From NCBI GenBank assembly GCA_963752235.1, contig CAVVXL010000010.1, positions 257,844-321,843 on the forward strand: a DNA stretch of 64,000 bases. The letters are read 5' to 3'. Positions 11,234 through 20,782 of the stretch are shown piece by piece. The notes beneath the pieces were generated by a model, which was given only the letters and a program-made list of their open reading frames with translations, was not told the origin of the DNA and did not search any database. This DNA comes from an uncultured Acidobacteriota bacterium. Lineage in GTDB: Bacteria; Acidobacteriota; Thermoanaerobaculia; Multivoradales; UBA5704. How positions within the stretch are numbered: the stretch's first letter is position 1; each line of letters opens with the position of its first letter. The position numbers and the translations under genes are program-made.

Positions 11234-11770
11234 ATGGCCGAACCGGTCTCCCTTGCTGCTCCCGCTCTTTTTCCTCCCGATCCCGCCGAGGTCGCGAGGC
11301 TCGCGGCGCGCCTGAAGAGTCCGCTGCAATTTCGCGCCTACCTGCTGGCGAAGCTGCCGCTCGCCCTGTTCGCCGGGCTGCGGGTGCGGGAGCTGGACGC
11401 CGGGCGGTGCGCGGTCAGCGTCCCCTACGGCTGGCGGAGCACCAACCCGTTTCGCTCGACCTACTTCGCGGCGCTCAGCATGGCCGCCGAGATGTCGACC
11501 GGCGCCCTGGCGATGATGGCGACGCAGCTCGCCCCCCAGCCGGTGGCGCTGATCATCGTCGGCCTCGAGGCGACGTTCGAGAAGAAGGCGCAGGCCCTCA
11601 CCACCTTCACCTGCGAGGAGGGCGCGAAGGCCTTCGCCGCCGTGGCGGAGACGGCTCGCACCGGCGAGGCTGCCGTCGCGCGCATGGAGACGGTGGGCCG
11701 CGCGCCGGACGGCGTGGTGGTCGCCCGCTTCGCCTTCACCTGGTCGTTCAAGCGGCGCTCGCAGCGCTGA
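11234..11770 (+). CDS. hotdog-fold protein, DUF4442-like (putative thioesterase)
   Basis: 178 aa. Pattern LQFRAYLLAKLPLALFAGLRV... resembles the DUF4442/YiiD_C family. Assignment by recollection only. Confidence 0.45.
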   Translation: MAEPVSLAAPALFPPDPAEVARLAARLKSPLQFRAYLLAKLPLALFAGLRVRELDAGRCAVSVPYGWRSTNPFRSTYFAALSMAAEMSTGALAMMATQLAPQPVALIIVGLEATFEKKAQALTTFTCEEGAKAFAAVAETARTGEAAVARMETVGRAPDGVVVARFAFTWSFKRRSQR

Positions 11771-11785
11771 GCCAGGAGCCCGCCC

Positions 11786-12613
11786 ATGCGGATCGCCCTC
11801 GCCCAGCTCGCCTCGCCGCCCGGCCGTGCCGCCAACCTCGATCACGCGCTGGCGACCATGACCACGGCCCACCAAGCCGGCGCCGAGCTGATCGCCTTTC
11901 CCGAGGTGGTCCTCGATCCCTTCTTCCCGCAGTATCGCGATGGCGGCGACGGCCTCGCCCTCGCCCTCGCCGAGCCGATCCCCGGCCCCACCACCGACCG
12001 CATCGCCGAGCGGGCGCGGGAGCTGGGGTTGGTGACCGTCTTCAACCTCTACGAGATCGACGGCGAAGGACGGCGCTTCGACAGCTCCCCGGTCATCGAC
12101 GCGGACGGCTCCCTGCTGGGAGTCACGCGGATGATCCACATCACCGACTACGAGGGGTTCCACGAGCAGGACTATTACCACCCCGGCGATCGCGGCGTGC
12201 CGGTCTACGCGACGAGGGTGGGGCGGGTCGGCGTCGCCATCTGCTACGACCGCCACTATCCGGAGGTGATGCGCGCCCTGGGGGTGGCGGGAGCCGAGCT
12301 GGTGGTGATCCCGCAGGCGGGAACGGTCGGCGAGTGGCCCGAGGGTCTCTACGAGGCCGAGGTGCGCACCGCCGCCTTCCAGAACGGCTACTTCACCGCC
12401 CTCGCCAACCGGGTCGGCCCCGAGGCCGGCCTCCAATTCGCAGGCGAGTCGTTCGTCGTCGATCCCGAAGGGAAAGTCCTGGCGCGGGGGAAGAGCCTGG
12501 AGGAGGACCTGGTGCTCGCCGACCTCGACCTTACGGCCTGCGCGCGGTCGACCGCGCGGCGTCTGTTCTGGCGCGACCGCCGCCCCGCGCTCTATCCGGG
12601 ATGGCTGGGATGA
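11786..12613 (+). CDS. carbon-nitrogen hydrolase family protein (nitrilase/amidase-like)
   Basis: 275 aa. E-K-C catalytic triad context (FPE..., VAICYD), typical CN_hydrolase length. Confidence 0.85.
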   Translation: MRIALAQLASPPGRAANLDHALATMTTAHQAGAELIAFPEVVLDPFFPQYRDGGDGLALALAEPIPGPTTDRIAERARELGLVTVFNLYEIDGEGRRFDSSPVIDADGSLLGVTRMIHITDYEGFHEQDYYHPGDRGVPVYATRVGRVGVAICYDRHYPEVMRALGVAGAELVVIPQAGTVGEWPEGLYEAEVRTAAFQNGYFTALANRVGPEAGLQFAGESFVVDPEGKVLARGKSLEEDLVLADLDLTACARSTARRLFWRDRRPALYPGWLG

Positions 12614-12957
12614 GCTGGTTCGACACCCTCCTCGCCCATCCTCCCTGGGTGTTCTACGGCTTCGGGCTGCTCGACCTCGTCTTCGGCCTGCCGTTGGCGC
12701 TGGGCATGGTGCCGATGAACCGCTGGTACGGCATCCGGGTGCCGCGCGCCTACCGCTCCGAGGAGAGCTGGTACGCCGTCAACCGCATCGGCGGCTGGTG
12801 GATGGTGGTGGGCGCCCTGCTCACCCTCTTCGCGGGAACCTTCGTGGGCGACCTCAGCCTCGTGCCGCCGTACGATTCCCTGGTCATCGCCGGGCCCTCG
12901 GCGATCGTCGGCCTCTGCCTGCTGGTCGCGATGGCGCAGGCCTCCAGGATCGACTGA
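12610..12957 (+). CDS. SdpI/YhfL family small membrane protein
   Basis: 115 aa. ATG overlaps the upstream stop (ATGA at 12610..12613). Motif NRWYGIRVPRAYRSEESW is typical of the SdpI family, three TM segments. Confidence 0.6.
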   Translation: MSWFDTLLAHPPWVFYGFGLLDLVFGLPLALGMVPMNRWYGIRVPRAYRSEESWYAVNRIGGWWMVVGALLTLFAGTFVGDLSLVPPYDSLVIAGPSAIVGLCLLVAMAQASRID

Positions 12958-13048
12958 GCGGACCGACTGAGCGGGCTGGTGAAAACCAGCCGTGCTAGAG
13001 TTCTGTGTGGAACCCCGAAAACAGTCGTTTCGGCGAAAGGAGAGTGCC

Positions 13049-14671
13049 ATGGGCACTAAGAGATTCGCGAGGACGTACCGTCTGCTGGCCGCCGCTTTCT
13101 TCGCCGCTTCGCTGGCGGGAGCCCAGACGGGGGCTCAACCAGCGGCGCCAGCGGGAGGGCAGCCCGCCGCGCCCCAGGTGCGCATGCGCTGGCAGGACTT
13201 CATCAACGGGCCGGACGGCGCCAAGCGGCTCGCCAGCCTGCAGGCCGCGATCACCAAGATGAGGTCGCTCGACGGCAGCCCGCCGGGTTCGGCCGACTTC
13301 CGGCGCAGCTGGCAGTACTGGGCCAACATCCACGGCTACTACGGAGCGCAGAGCCCGGACGGCACGGTGGCGCAGCAGATCCAGTACCTCCAGGACAACG
13401 GGATGGGGCAGTACGTCTCCTACTACCAGGGGATCGTCGATCAGACGGCGCCGGACTCGACCGCCCAGGCCATCTGGGCGACCTGCCAGCACTCGCCTCC
13501 AGGCGAACAGGCCAACTTCTTCGGCTGGCACCGCATGTACCTCTACTACTACGAACGGGTCCTGCGCTGGGCCGCGGGCGACGACACGCTGCGCCTCCCC
13601 TACTGGGACTACACCGACCCGTCGCAGGTCACGCTTCCGGGAGCCTTCCAGGACACCACGTCCTCCCTCTACGACGCCAAGCGCGATCCGGACATGAACA
13701 CCGGCGCCTCGACGCTCAACCCGGTCGACACCAACGTCAACGCGGTGCTGAAGCTCTCCGACTACCTCACCTACGAAGGACGGGTCGAGGGGGGGATCCA
13801 CGGCTACGTCCACTGCACCGTCGGCCCCACCTGCCCGGTCGCCCACATGGGCGACGTGCCGGTCGCCGGCAACGATCCCGTCTTCTATTCGCACCACGCC
13901 AACATCGACCGCCTGTGGGCCTGCTGGCAGAAGCTCTACCCGACGCCGGCCGGCGCCTGGCAGGACCAGCAGTTCAGCTTCGTCGACGAGACCGGCACCC
14001 TGGTGACGCAGCCGGTGAAGAGCTTCCTCGACTCGACGGCGCTCGGCTACGTGTACGACAATGACAGCGACTGCTCGCGGCAGGCGGCGACCGACACGAC
14101 CAACACGACGCTGTCGACCAAGCCCGCGGTCTCCGGCAGCGGCAAGAAGACCACCGCCATGATCGGTTCCTCGAAGCCCATCGCGATCGATCAACCGCAG
14201 GTCAGCGTCGACCTCCCCGTGCCGAAGCCGAAGCTGCAGGGCGTGCTCGCGGACGCGAGCTCGACGACCGAGCTCGTGCTGCGCGACGTGACGGCGCAGA
14301 GCCACCCGGGCACGCTCTTCGACGTCTTCGTGGAGAAGAAGGGGGACCCGTCGACACGCACGCTGGTGGGCACCATCTCGTGGTTCGGCGGCTTCCGCCA
14401 CCATGGCCACACCGGCCCCGAGAAGCGGACCTTTCAGTTCGACGTCACCGAGCAGTTGCGGGCGCTGGGCAAGACCGCGTCCGCCGAGGGGCTGACCGTG
14501 ACGCTCGAGGCCTCCGACGGCCGCGTTGTCGCCGACCCGGCCAAGGCCGCGGCGAAGAAGACCCTCGCCGCCAAGGCGTTCCGGGCCCAGTCCAAGCTGC
14601 AGATCGGCGCCATCGAGCTGCAGGAGTCGTCCACCGCGGCCCCGCCGCCCCCCACTCCCAAGAAGCCGTGA
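13049..14671 (+). CDS. tyrosinase / polyphenol oxidase (type-3 copper), secreted, with C-terminal lid-like domain
   Basis: Start at MGTKRF (AAAGGAG 7 nt upstream), followed by a signal peptide. CuA site H..H...FFGWHRMYL and CuB site HGYVH...HHANIDRLW, plus a C-terminal beta-rich extension of about 170 aa. Confidence 0.8.
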   Translation: MGTKRFARTYRLLAAAFFAASLAGAQTGAQPAAPAGGQPAAPQVRMRWQDFINGPDGAKRLASLQAAITKMRSLDGSPPGSADFRRSWQYWANIHGYYGAQSPDGTVAQQIQYLQDNGMGQYVSYYQGIVDQTAPDSTAQAIWATCQHSPPGEQANFFGWHRMYLYYYERVLRWAAGDDTLRLPYWDYTDPSQVTLPGAFQDTTSSLYDAKRDPDMNTGASTLNPVDTNVNAVLKLSDYLTYEGRVEGGIHGYVHCTVGPTCPVAHMGDVPVAGNDPVFYSHHANIDRLWACWQKLYPTPAGAWQDQQFSFVDETGTLVTQPVKSFLDSTALGYVYDNDSDCSRQAATDTTNTTLSTKPAVSGSGKKTTAMIGSSKPIAIDQPQVSVDLPVPKPKLQGVLADASSTTELVLRDVTAQSHPGTLFDVFVEKKGDPSTRTLVGTISWFGGFRHHGHTGPEKRTFQFDVTEQLRALGKTASAEGLTVTLEASDGRVVADPAKAAAKKTLAAKAFRAQSKLQIGAIELQESSTAAPPPPTPKKP

Positions 14672-14683
14672 GCCTTCAGGATC

Positions 14684-14709
14684 GGACGGCGCTCGCCAGG
14701 GCGCCGTCC
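14684..14709. terminator. hairpin between convergent tyrosinase and tamB genes
   Basis: 9-bp stem GGACGGCGC / GCGCCGTCC with an 8-nt loop. Confidence 0.3.
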
Positions 14710-14720
14710 GGTTCGCAACT

Positions 14721-17700
14721 CTACTTCCCCGATCCGCCTCCACCCTGCGTCGTCCCCTGCGCGTCCGCCGGCGGTTTGACGTCGGTGCCGCGGTCGCTCT
14801 TGGGAGGCTCGGGGGCCTTTCCTCCCTTGCCGCGCTCGACCGTGTAGAGGAGGTCGACGCCGGTCGCCTGCCCCTGGCCGCCGACCGCCTCCCCCTGCTG
14901 TGCCTGGACGTTCCACTGGCGGCCGAGCAGGTAGCGGATGGTGAAGGTGTTGATCGGCTGGAAGAGGCCGACCCCGAAGTTCACGTAGAGCCGGGGGGAG
15001 AGGTACTTGCCGACGATCAGCGAGGTCTCCTGGAGGCCGCCGGTCGACTCGAGGCGCGCCTCCTGGAGGCCGAAGCGGGAGGCGATCTTCTTCGCCACCA
15101 GGTTCCCCCCCTTGAGGCCGAGCGAGGTGGCGGCATTGGCCAGCAGGTTTCCTTCCGAGGGCGAGGACTGGCCGAGCGGATGACCGAGCAGCAGGTAGGC
15201 GAGGGCGTTGCTCTCGTCCATCGGCGGGTCGGAGTAGAGGGTCGCCTGCGGCGCGCGCAGGGTGCCGGCGATGTTGATCCCCGCCACCGTGCCGTCGGTC
15301 GCCTTGCGGAATGCCTTGAGGTCGAGGCCGGGGTTGTCGATCGAGCCGCCGGCGAAGATCAGGCGGCCGTGATCGAGGGTGAGATCCTGGCCGTACGCCT
15401 TGTAGACGCCGTTCTTGACCTCCAGCTCGCCGATCGCGGCGGTCGCCTTGTTGGGCTCCTCGATCACCAGCAGGCTGCCGGTGAGATCGCCGCTGAAGCC
15501 GGAGGCCTTGATCGTCACCTTGTCGCCGAGGACGGCGCGGACGCGGGCATAGAGCTGGCGCGACGCCTTGACCGGCTGCTTGGCGACCTGGGACGACGGC
15601 GGCAGGATGATCACGTCCTTCGAGACTCCCACCGTCGCCTTCGCCGGCTTGTCCTGGTCGACCGTCAGCTCGGGGATGTCGATGTCGCCGGTGACGTCCA
15701 CCCGGGTGCCGCTGAGCGCGATGGCCAGCCGCGGCGAGGCGAGCACCTTGAGCTCCTTGGTGTTGGCGACCTGGAAGTTCTTGCCGTCGACCGTGATGCG
15801 GCTTGGGGCTCCGTCGAGCGACACACCGCCGCCGATCGTCACTGAGCCATTTCCCGAGCGGGCGGAGCCCTGGATCTGGAGCGGCCCGGTTCCCGAGCTT
15901 TTCGCGGTGAGCTGGAGCTGGCGCACCTGGAGGTTGTAGGCCGGCACGTCGACCTGCGCCCCCTGGAGCTGGGCCGCGCCGGTGATCGCTGGCTTCGCCA
16001 CCGTGCCGCCGAGGGTGAGGTCGGCGTTGAGCGTGCCGCGGGTGTTCTCGACGTCGGGGACGAAGGCTTCGACCAGGCCGAGGTTGGTGAAATTGGCGAT
16101 CACGTGGCCGGCGATCGTCTGGCTCTGGAGCGGCGCGCCGATCTTGTTGTACTGCGGCAAGCGCAGGTCGGCGCGCACGGAGCCGGTGTTGACGAAGGCG
16201 AGGTCGGCATGGCCGGTGAGACCATCGGCGCCGGCCACCACGCGCACCGTCCCCTGCTCGAAGTGGATGTCGCCGTTGCTCCCGCCCTTGACCGGATAGC
16301 GCAGGTCGCCCGGCCCCGGATGGAGCTCCACGTTGGCGGTCACCATGCCGCTCGGCGAGCCGGTGCCGGTGAAGGTGCCGCCGACGGCGCCGGTGACCTT
16401 GAGGTCAGGCGGCAGCAACGGCGTGAGCAGCGAGAACGGCACCTCGGCGAGGTTGCCGCTGGCGTTCCAGGGGCCGTTCTTCAGCCAATGGCCGTCGGCG
16501 CAGAGCCGGGCGGCGCCGGAGGTCCAGCAGAACCCCTTGAGCGCCGCCTGGGTGCCGCCGGCGGAGAGCTGCGCCGGGCCGGAGAGCTTCCAGGCCCCGA
16601 TCTTCGGGGTGCTGAGGTCGAGGCGGCGGATCTCGCCGCTCCACGCCGTGGTGCCGCGCAGCCCGCCGGCCAGGGCGAGGTCGAGGCTGGCGCCCTGCTG
16701 CGTGGCGGTGTCGATCGCCTGCCGCACGGAGAGCGCGAGCTGGTGGGCGCTGCGCGTCCCCTGGCCGGTGAGGGTGACGGTGTCGAACTTCTGCCCGGAG
16801 AGCCCGACGTTGCCGGCCCGCAGGTCGACCGCCAGCGGCCCATTGGCGCCGAGGTCGACGTCGGCCTTCAGGTTGAGGCTGCCGGCCGAGTAGGTCTGGT
16901 AGGCGAGGGCGCTGCCGGTCGCCTGGGCGGTGATCCGCGGCGCCGCCCAGCGCCCGGCGAGGTGCCCCTGGGCGTCGAGGGCGCCGGCGACGCCCGGCAC
17001 CGCCTCGGCCAGGTTGGGCGCCGCGAGCTGGAAGTAGAGGTTGCCGGCGGTCTTGGTGAAGCTCCCCTTGGCGGTGAGCCGGGCGGAGCCCGAGCGCAGG
17101 TCGAGCTGGGGGAGGCCGTACTGCTCGCCTGCGAGCTCCAGCCGCAGGCTGCCGGCGAGCGGGTTGCCCCGCAGCTGGCCGCTGAGCTGGGTGAGGTCGA
17201 CCTCGCCATAGGGGTTGCCGTTGCGCAGGTCGCCGTGGGTGGCGGCGGCGAAGGTGATCCGCCCCGGGTACTGCGCGAGGCGGGCGTCGGCCGCCGGATC
17301 GAGGCCGTCGCCGTTCAGTTGCAGCTTCCAGGCGACCTGCGGCTTCCAGGCGACGCTGCCGGTGGCGGCGAGCTGGCCGCTCAGCACGTCGCCGTGCAGC
17401 GAGCGGATGTCCATCCGCTCCTGGTTGCCGCGGCCGGCGAGCACCCAGTGGCCGGGCGGGATGCCGGGGCCGCCGAGCTGGGCGTCGAGGGCGAGCAGGT
17501 AGTCGGCGAGGGTGCCGGTCACGTGCGCCTTGCCGGCCGGGCTCACCACCACCGGCTTGCCGCCGGTCAGCGGATAGGCGAGCCGGCTCCAGTCGGCGGC
17601 CAGGTCGAGCTTCCCGCCCTTGGCGGTGTTCGCCTTGCCGCGGGCGTTGAGGACGGCCCCCTGGTCGGTCACCAGGTGGGCGGCGTCGATGGTGAAGTCG

Positions 17701-19025
17701 TCGCCGCGGCGGATCACCCGGTAGTCGACGGTGCCGGCGGCGTAGCCGGTGTAAGCGCCGGCGACCTTCCCCTGCGAGGTGAACTGGTCGAGGCTACCGT
17801 CGATCGCCACGTTCGCCTGCCGGATCTTCGCAGCCGGAAACTTCGCGTCGATCGCCTGCAGGTCGATGCCGCGGGCCTCGGCGGTGACGTCGAGCGCCAG
17901 CGGGCTCTTTGGGGTCGGCAGCGTGACCTTGCCGCGGGCGGCGACGGCGGCCCCCTTGTCGGTCTTCACATTGAGATAGGTGAAGACCAAGTCGTCCCCC
18001 TTGCGCGCCACCCGGTAGTCGGCCTCGCCCGAGCCGTAGCTCTCGTAGGCCCCGAAGATCTTCCCCTCCGAGGTGAAGTCGTCGAGCTGCCCCTTGATCC
18101 TGAGGTCGCCCTGGCGGATGAGGGCGAGCGGCCACTGCGGGTTGATCGCCCTGGCGTTGAATCCCTTGACCTGGGCGGCGAGATCCATGCCGACGACGCG
18201 CATCGGGGTGAGGACGTCCCCCGCGACGTGAGCTGCGAACGGCTGGCTCAGCGTCGCGTCGATCCCCAGCTTCTCGAGGGTGCCGGCGAAATGGCCGCCG
18301 ACCACGAACGGCGGCATCTTGGGATCGCGATAGGTCGCCTGCGCCTGCAGGTTCACCGCGTAGTCGCCGACCGGGTTGAGGTCGCCGGCGGCGCGCAGCT
18401 GGAAGGTGGGGCCGTCGACCGCCAGGGTACGGACGTGGAGGACGTCCCGCGTCCGCTCGCTCTGCGCGTCGAGGGCGATGCGGTCGAGCTTGAAGGGGGG
18501 TGAGCCGACGCGGCGGACCTCGAGGTCGCGGATCAGGGCATCGCGCACCAGGATGTTCACCGGCAGGTGGACGTCCACCAGCTTGCCGTTCGAGGTGGTG
18601 TCACCTTTCTTCAGCAGCGCGACGTGGATCCCCTCGGCGTGGAGCTGCTCGACATCGGCCATCCGCTGCCACAGCTTCCCCGGCCGCCAGGCGAGATAGA
18701 GATGGGCGATCGCCACGTCCATCGCATCGTTGCGATAGTGGACGTCGCGCAGGTCGAGCGGGCCGGTGAGCGGGCCGCGCTGGGCGCCGATCGTCAGCTT
18801 CCCCGGCAGCAGCGTGGCCACGCGGCCGAGCAGGAAACGGGTGCCGCTCTCGCTCGACACCGCGTACAGGGCGATCAGGGCGCCCAGCGTCAACGGGATG
18901 ATCACGATCGCGAAGAGGCGGAGCGCCCACCGCAGCCATCTCCGCCCCCGCCTGGGGGGTGCGGAAGCGGGAACGGGCGTCCGGTCCCGGGTCGCAGGAT
19001 CCGTCGTCGTTTGATCCAGGCTCAT
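14721..19025 (-). CDS. tamB: TamB (translocation and assembly module subunit B, DUF490/AsmA-like)
   Basis: 1434 aa starting at MSLDQTTT with an N-terminal TM anchor (LFAIVIIPLTLGALIALY). C-terminal DUF490 signature LSPRLYVNFGVGLFQPINTFTIRYLLGRQWNVQAQ. Its start ATG overlaps the tamA stop (ATGA 19022..19025). The upstream part of the 2448-aa track ORF is off-frame overlap with tamA and yihY. Confidence 0.85.
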   Translation of the reverse strand: MSLDQTTTDPATRDRTPVPASAPPRRGRRWLRWALRLFAIVIIPLTLGALIALYAVSSESGTRFLLGRVATLLPGKLTIGAQRGPLTGPLDLRDVHYRNDAMDVAIAHLYLAWRPGKLWQRMADVEQLHAEGIHVALLKKGDTTSNGKLVDVHLPVNILVRDALIRDLEVRRVGSPPFKLDRIALDAQSERTRDVLHVRTLAVDGPTFQLRAAGDLNPVGDYAVNLQAQATYRDPKMPPFVVGGHFAGTLEKLGIDATLSQPFAAHVAGDVLTPMRVVGMDLAAQVKGFNARAINPQWPLALIRQGDLRIKGQLDDFTSEGKIFGAYESYGSGEADYRVARKGDDLVFTYLNVKTDKGAAVAARGKVTLPTPKSPLALDVTAEARGIDLQAIDAKFPAAKIRQANVAIDGSLDQFTSQGKVAGAYTGYAAGTVDYRVIRRGDDFTIDAAHLVTDQGAVLNARGKANTAKGGKLDLAADWSRLAYPLTGGKPVVVSPAGKAHVTGTLADYLLALDAQLGGPGIPPGHWVLAGRGNQERMDIRSLHGDVLSGQLAATGSVAWKPQVAWKLQLNGDGLDPAADARLAQYPGRITFAAATHGDLRNGNPYGEVDLTQLSGQLRGNPLAGSLRLELAGEQYGLPQLDLRSGSARLTAKGSFTKTAGNLYFQLAAPNLAEAVPGVAGALDAQGHLAGRWAAPRITAQATGSALAYQTYSAGSLNLKADVDLGANGPLAVDLRAGNVGLSGQKFDTVTLTGQGTRSAHQLALSVRQAIDTATQQGASLDLALAGGLRGTTAWSGEIRRLDLSTPKIGAWKLSGPAQLSAGGTQAALKGFCWTSGAARLCADGHWLKNGPWNASGNLAEVPFSLLTPLLPPDLKVTGAVGGTFTGTGSPSGMVTANVELHPGPGDLRYPVKGGSNGDIHFEQGTVRVVAGADGLTGHADLAFVNTGSVRADLRLPQYNKIGAPLQSQTIAGHVIANFTNLGLVEAFVPDVENTRGTLNADLTLGGTVAKPAITGAAQLQGAQVDVPAYNLQVRQLQLTAKSSGTGPLQIQGSARSGNGSVTIGGGVSLDGAPSRITVDGKNFQVANTKELKVLASPRLAIALSGTRVDVTGDIDIPELTVDQDKPAKATVGVSKDVIILPPSSQVAKQPVKASRQLYARVRAVLGDKVTIKASGFSGDLTGSLLVIEEPNKATAAIGELEVKNGVYKAYGQDLTLDHGRLIFAGGSIDNPGLDLKAFRKATDGTVAGINIAGTLRAPQATLYSDPPMDESNALAYLLLGHPLGQSSPSEGNLLANAATSLGLKGGNLVAKKIASRFGLQEARLESTGGLQETSLIVGKYLSPRLYVNFGVGLFQPINTFTIRYLLGRQWNVQAQQGEAVGGQGQATGVDLLYTVERGKGGKAPEPPKSDRGTDVKPPADAQGTTQGGGGSGK

Positions 19026-20767
19026 AGGTCGGGTCCGATGTTGAGGTGAAACACGATGGGATGACGGGGATCCGAGAAGCCGCAGGCGACGTCGGCGCGG
19101 ACCGGGCCGATCGGCGAGCGCCAGCGGATGCCGATGCCGGCCCCCTGCGCGAGGCCGCCGGTCTTGAAGTCGTGGAAGGCGTTGCCGGTGTCGTAGAAGA
19201 CGGCGGCGCTCCACTTCGGCAGGAAGCGATGCTCGTACTCGAGACTGGCGAGGACGAGCGCCTCGCCGCCGATCACGTTCCCCGCCTCGTCCTTGGTGCC
19301 GAGCGATTCGTACTTGTAGCCGCGGACGCTCTGGTCGCCGCCGGCGAAGAACCGGTAGCGCGGCGGCAGCACGCGGAAGTCGCTGGTCGCGGTATAGCCG
19401 ATCTGGGTGCGGCCGATCAGCCGGTTGCTCTCGCCCACGGTGCGGATCACCTTGCCGTCCGCGAGCCCCTGGAGGAAAGTGGCGTCCGAGAGGGCGCTGC
19501 GGTCGGCACCCTGGAGCGTGAAGCGGAGGCGGTAGCCGTTGGTGGTGTAGATCCGGTCGTCGGCCCGCACGCGCTCCAGGCCGGCGCTCGGCACCAGCAG
19601 GTTCGAGGTCCCTTTGTCGAGCCCCACCTTGTAGTTCTCGCGCTGGTAGTTGAGCGAGTAGGTCTCGTTCCAGCCGTGCTGGAGGAAGGTGTACTGGGTG
19701 CCGACGAGGCCCGTCTTGCTCTCCAGGGTGTTGGTGATCTGGCGGTCGTAGGCGAGGTTGAAGGAGAGGTTGTCGCTGCGCGGGAAAGCCCCGGGGATGA
19801 TGTAGCTCGACTGGAAGCTCTGCTCGATCTGCGAGGCGCTGGCCGAGATCACGGCGCGGTGCCCCTCCTGATTGAGCCGCCGCAGCTCGAAGGCGCCCTT
19901 CACCCGCGGGCCGGTGTCGGTGCCGTAGCCGACGCCGCCGGTGAAGCGCACGGTCTTTGACGGCACCAGGTTGACGTCGATCGGCACCTCGAGGTTCTCG
20001 GCCTGATCCTGCCGGGTCACCACCTCGACGCGGCTCCAATAGGGGCTGTCCGAGAGAGCGCTCTGGAGCTTCAGCACCTTGTTGACGTCGAGCTTGTCGC
20101 CCGGCTTGAAATCGATGTAGCCGGCCAGCAGCCGGCCGTCGAGGACGTCCTGGTGGAAGTAGACCGGACCGAAGAGGTACTGCGGGCCGGTGTTGAAGTG
20201 CAGCACGACGTCGGCCCGGTAGCGCTCGAGGTCGACGCGCACCTGATTCTCCTGGTAGGCGGCGTCGAGGTATCCCTCCTCCGCGGCGAGGTCGGTGAGC
20301 GACTTCTTGCCGCGCTCGTAGTCCGGATGGTGGAGCACCTCGCCGGGGCGCAACGGAAAACCGCTCTGGAGCTGGCGGAAGGCGGGCTCCTCCGCGCCGG
20401 GGCCGGTGATCTGGAGATCGACGGTGGCGATCTTGATCGGCGGGCCGGAGTCGACGTCGAAGCGGGCGGTCCACGTCTTGCCGTCCTGGCGCAGAGTGGG
20501 ACGCACCTGCGGCTTGTAGTAGCCGTAGGGCTGCAACGCGACCCCGATCTCGTCGGGCGCCTGGGCATAGAGCTTCCGGATGCGCTCCTCGCTCAATTTG
20601 CCGTCGTTCTCGCGCTCCAGGCTGAGGGCGGAGAGGATGTTCTGCTTGAGCTCGCGGCGGACGCCGTCGACCTCCACCTTGACCTTGTCGGCATGGAGGG
20701 CGGGAGCGAAAAAGGTGAGACAGACCCCGAGGGTCAGGATGCGGGACAGGCGGAGATCTTCGTTCAT
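19022..20767 (-). CDS. tamA: TamA (Omp85/BamA-family outer membrane protein with POTRA domains)
   Basis: 581 aa. Signal peptide, POTRA-like N-terminal region, C-terminal beta-barrel with alternating aromatic pattern ending ...VFHLNIGPDL. Confidence 0.85.
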   Translation of the reverse strand: MNEDLRLSRILTLGVCLTFFAPALHADKVKVEVDGVRRELKQNILSALSLERENDGKLSEERIRKLYAQAPDEIGVALQPYGYYKPQVRPTLRQDGKTWTARFDVDSGPPIKIATVDLQITGPGAEEPAFRQLQSGFPLRPGEVLHHPDYERGKKSLTDLAAEEGYLDAAYQENQVRVDLERYRADVVLHFNTGPQYLFGPVYFHQDVLDGRLLAGYIDFKPGDKLDVNKVLKLQSALSDSPYWSRVEVVTRQDQAENLEVPIDVNLVPSKTVRFTGGVGYGTDTGPRVKGAFELRRLNQEGHRAVISASASQIEQSFQSSYIIPGAFPRSDNLSFNLAYDRQITNTLESKTGLVGTQYTFLQHGWNETYSLNYQRENYKVGLDKGTSNLLVPSAGLERVRADDRIYTTNGYRLRFTLQGADRSALSDATFLQGLADGKVIRTVGESNRLIGRTQIGYTATSDFRVLPPRYRFFAGGDQSVRGYKYESLGTKDEAGNVIGGEALVLASLEYEHRFLPKWSAAVFYDTGNAFHDFKTGGLAQGAGIGIRWRSPIGPVRADVACGFSDPRHPIVFHLNIGPDL

Positions 20768-20782
20768 TATTTATGAGCAGAA

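Noticed and set aside
9584-12436. 950-aa minus ORF and 10360..12609 plus ORF spanning terC, xthA, DUF4442 and the nitrilase gene
   Set aside because: Same artefact class. The real genes are in other frames. Only the last 115 codons of the plus ORF (SdpI-like, 12610..12957) are genuine.
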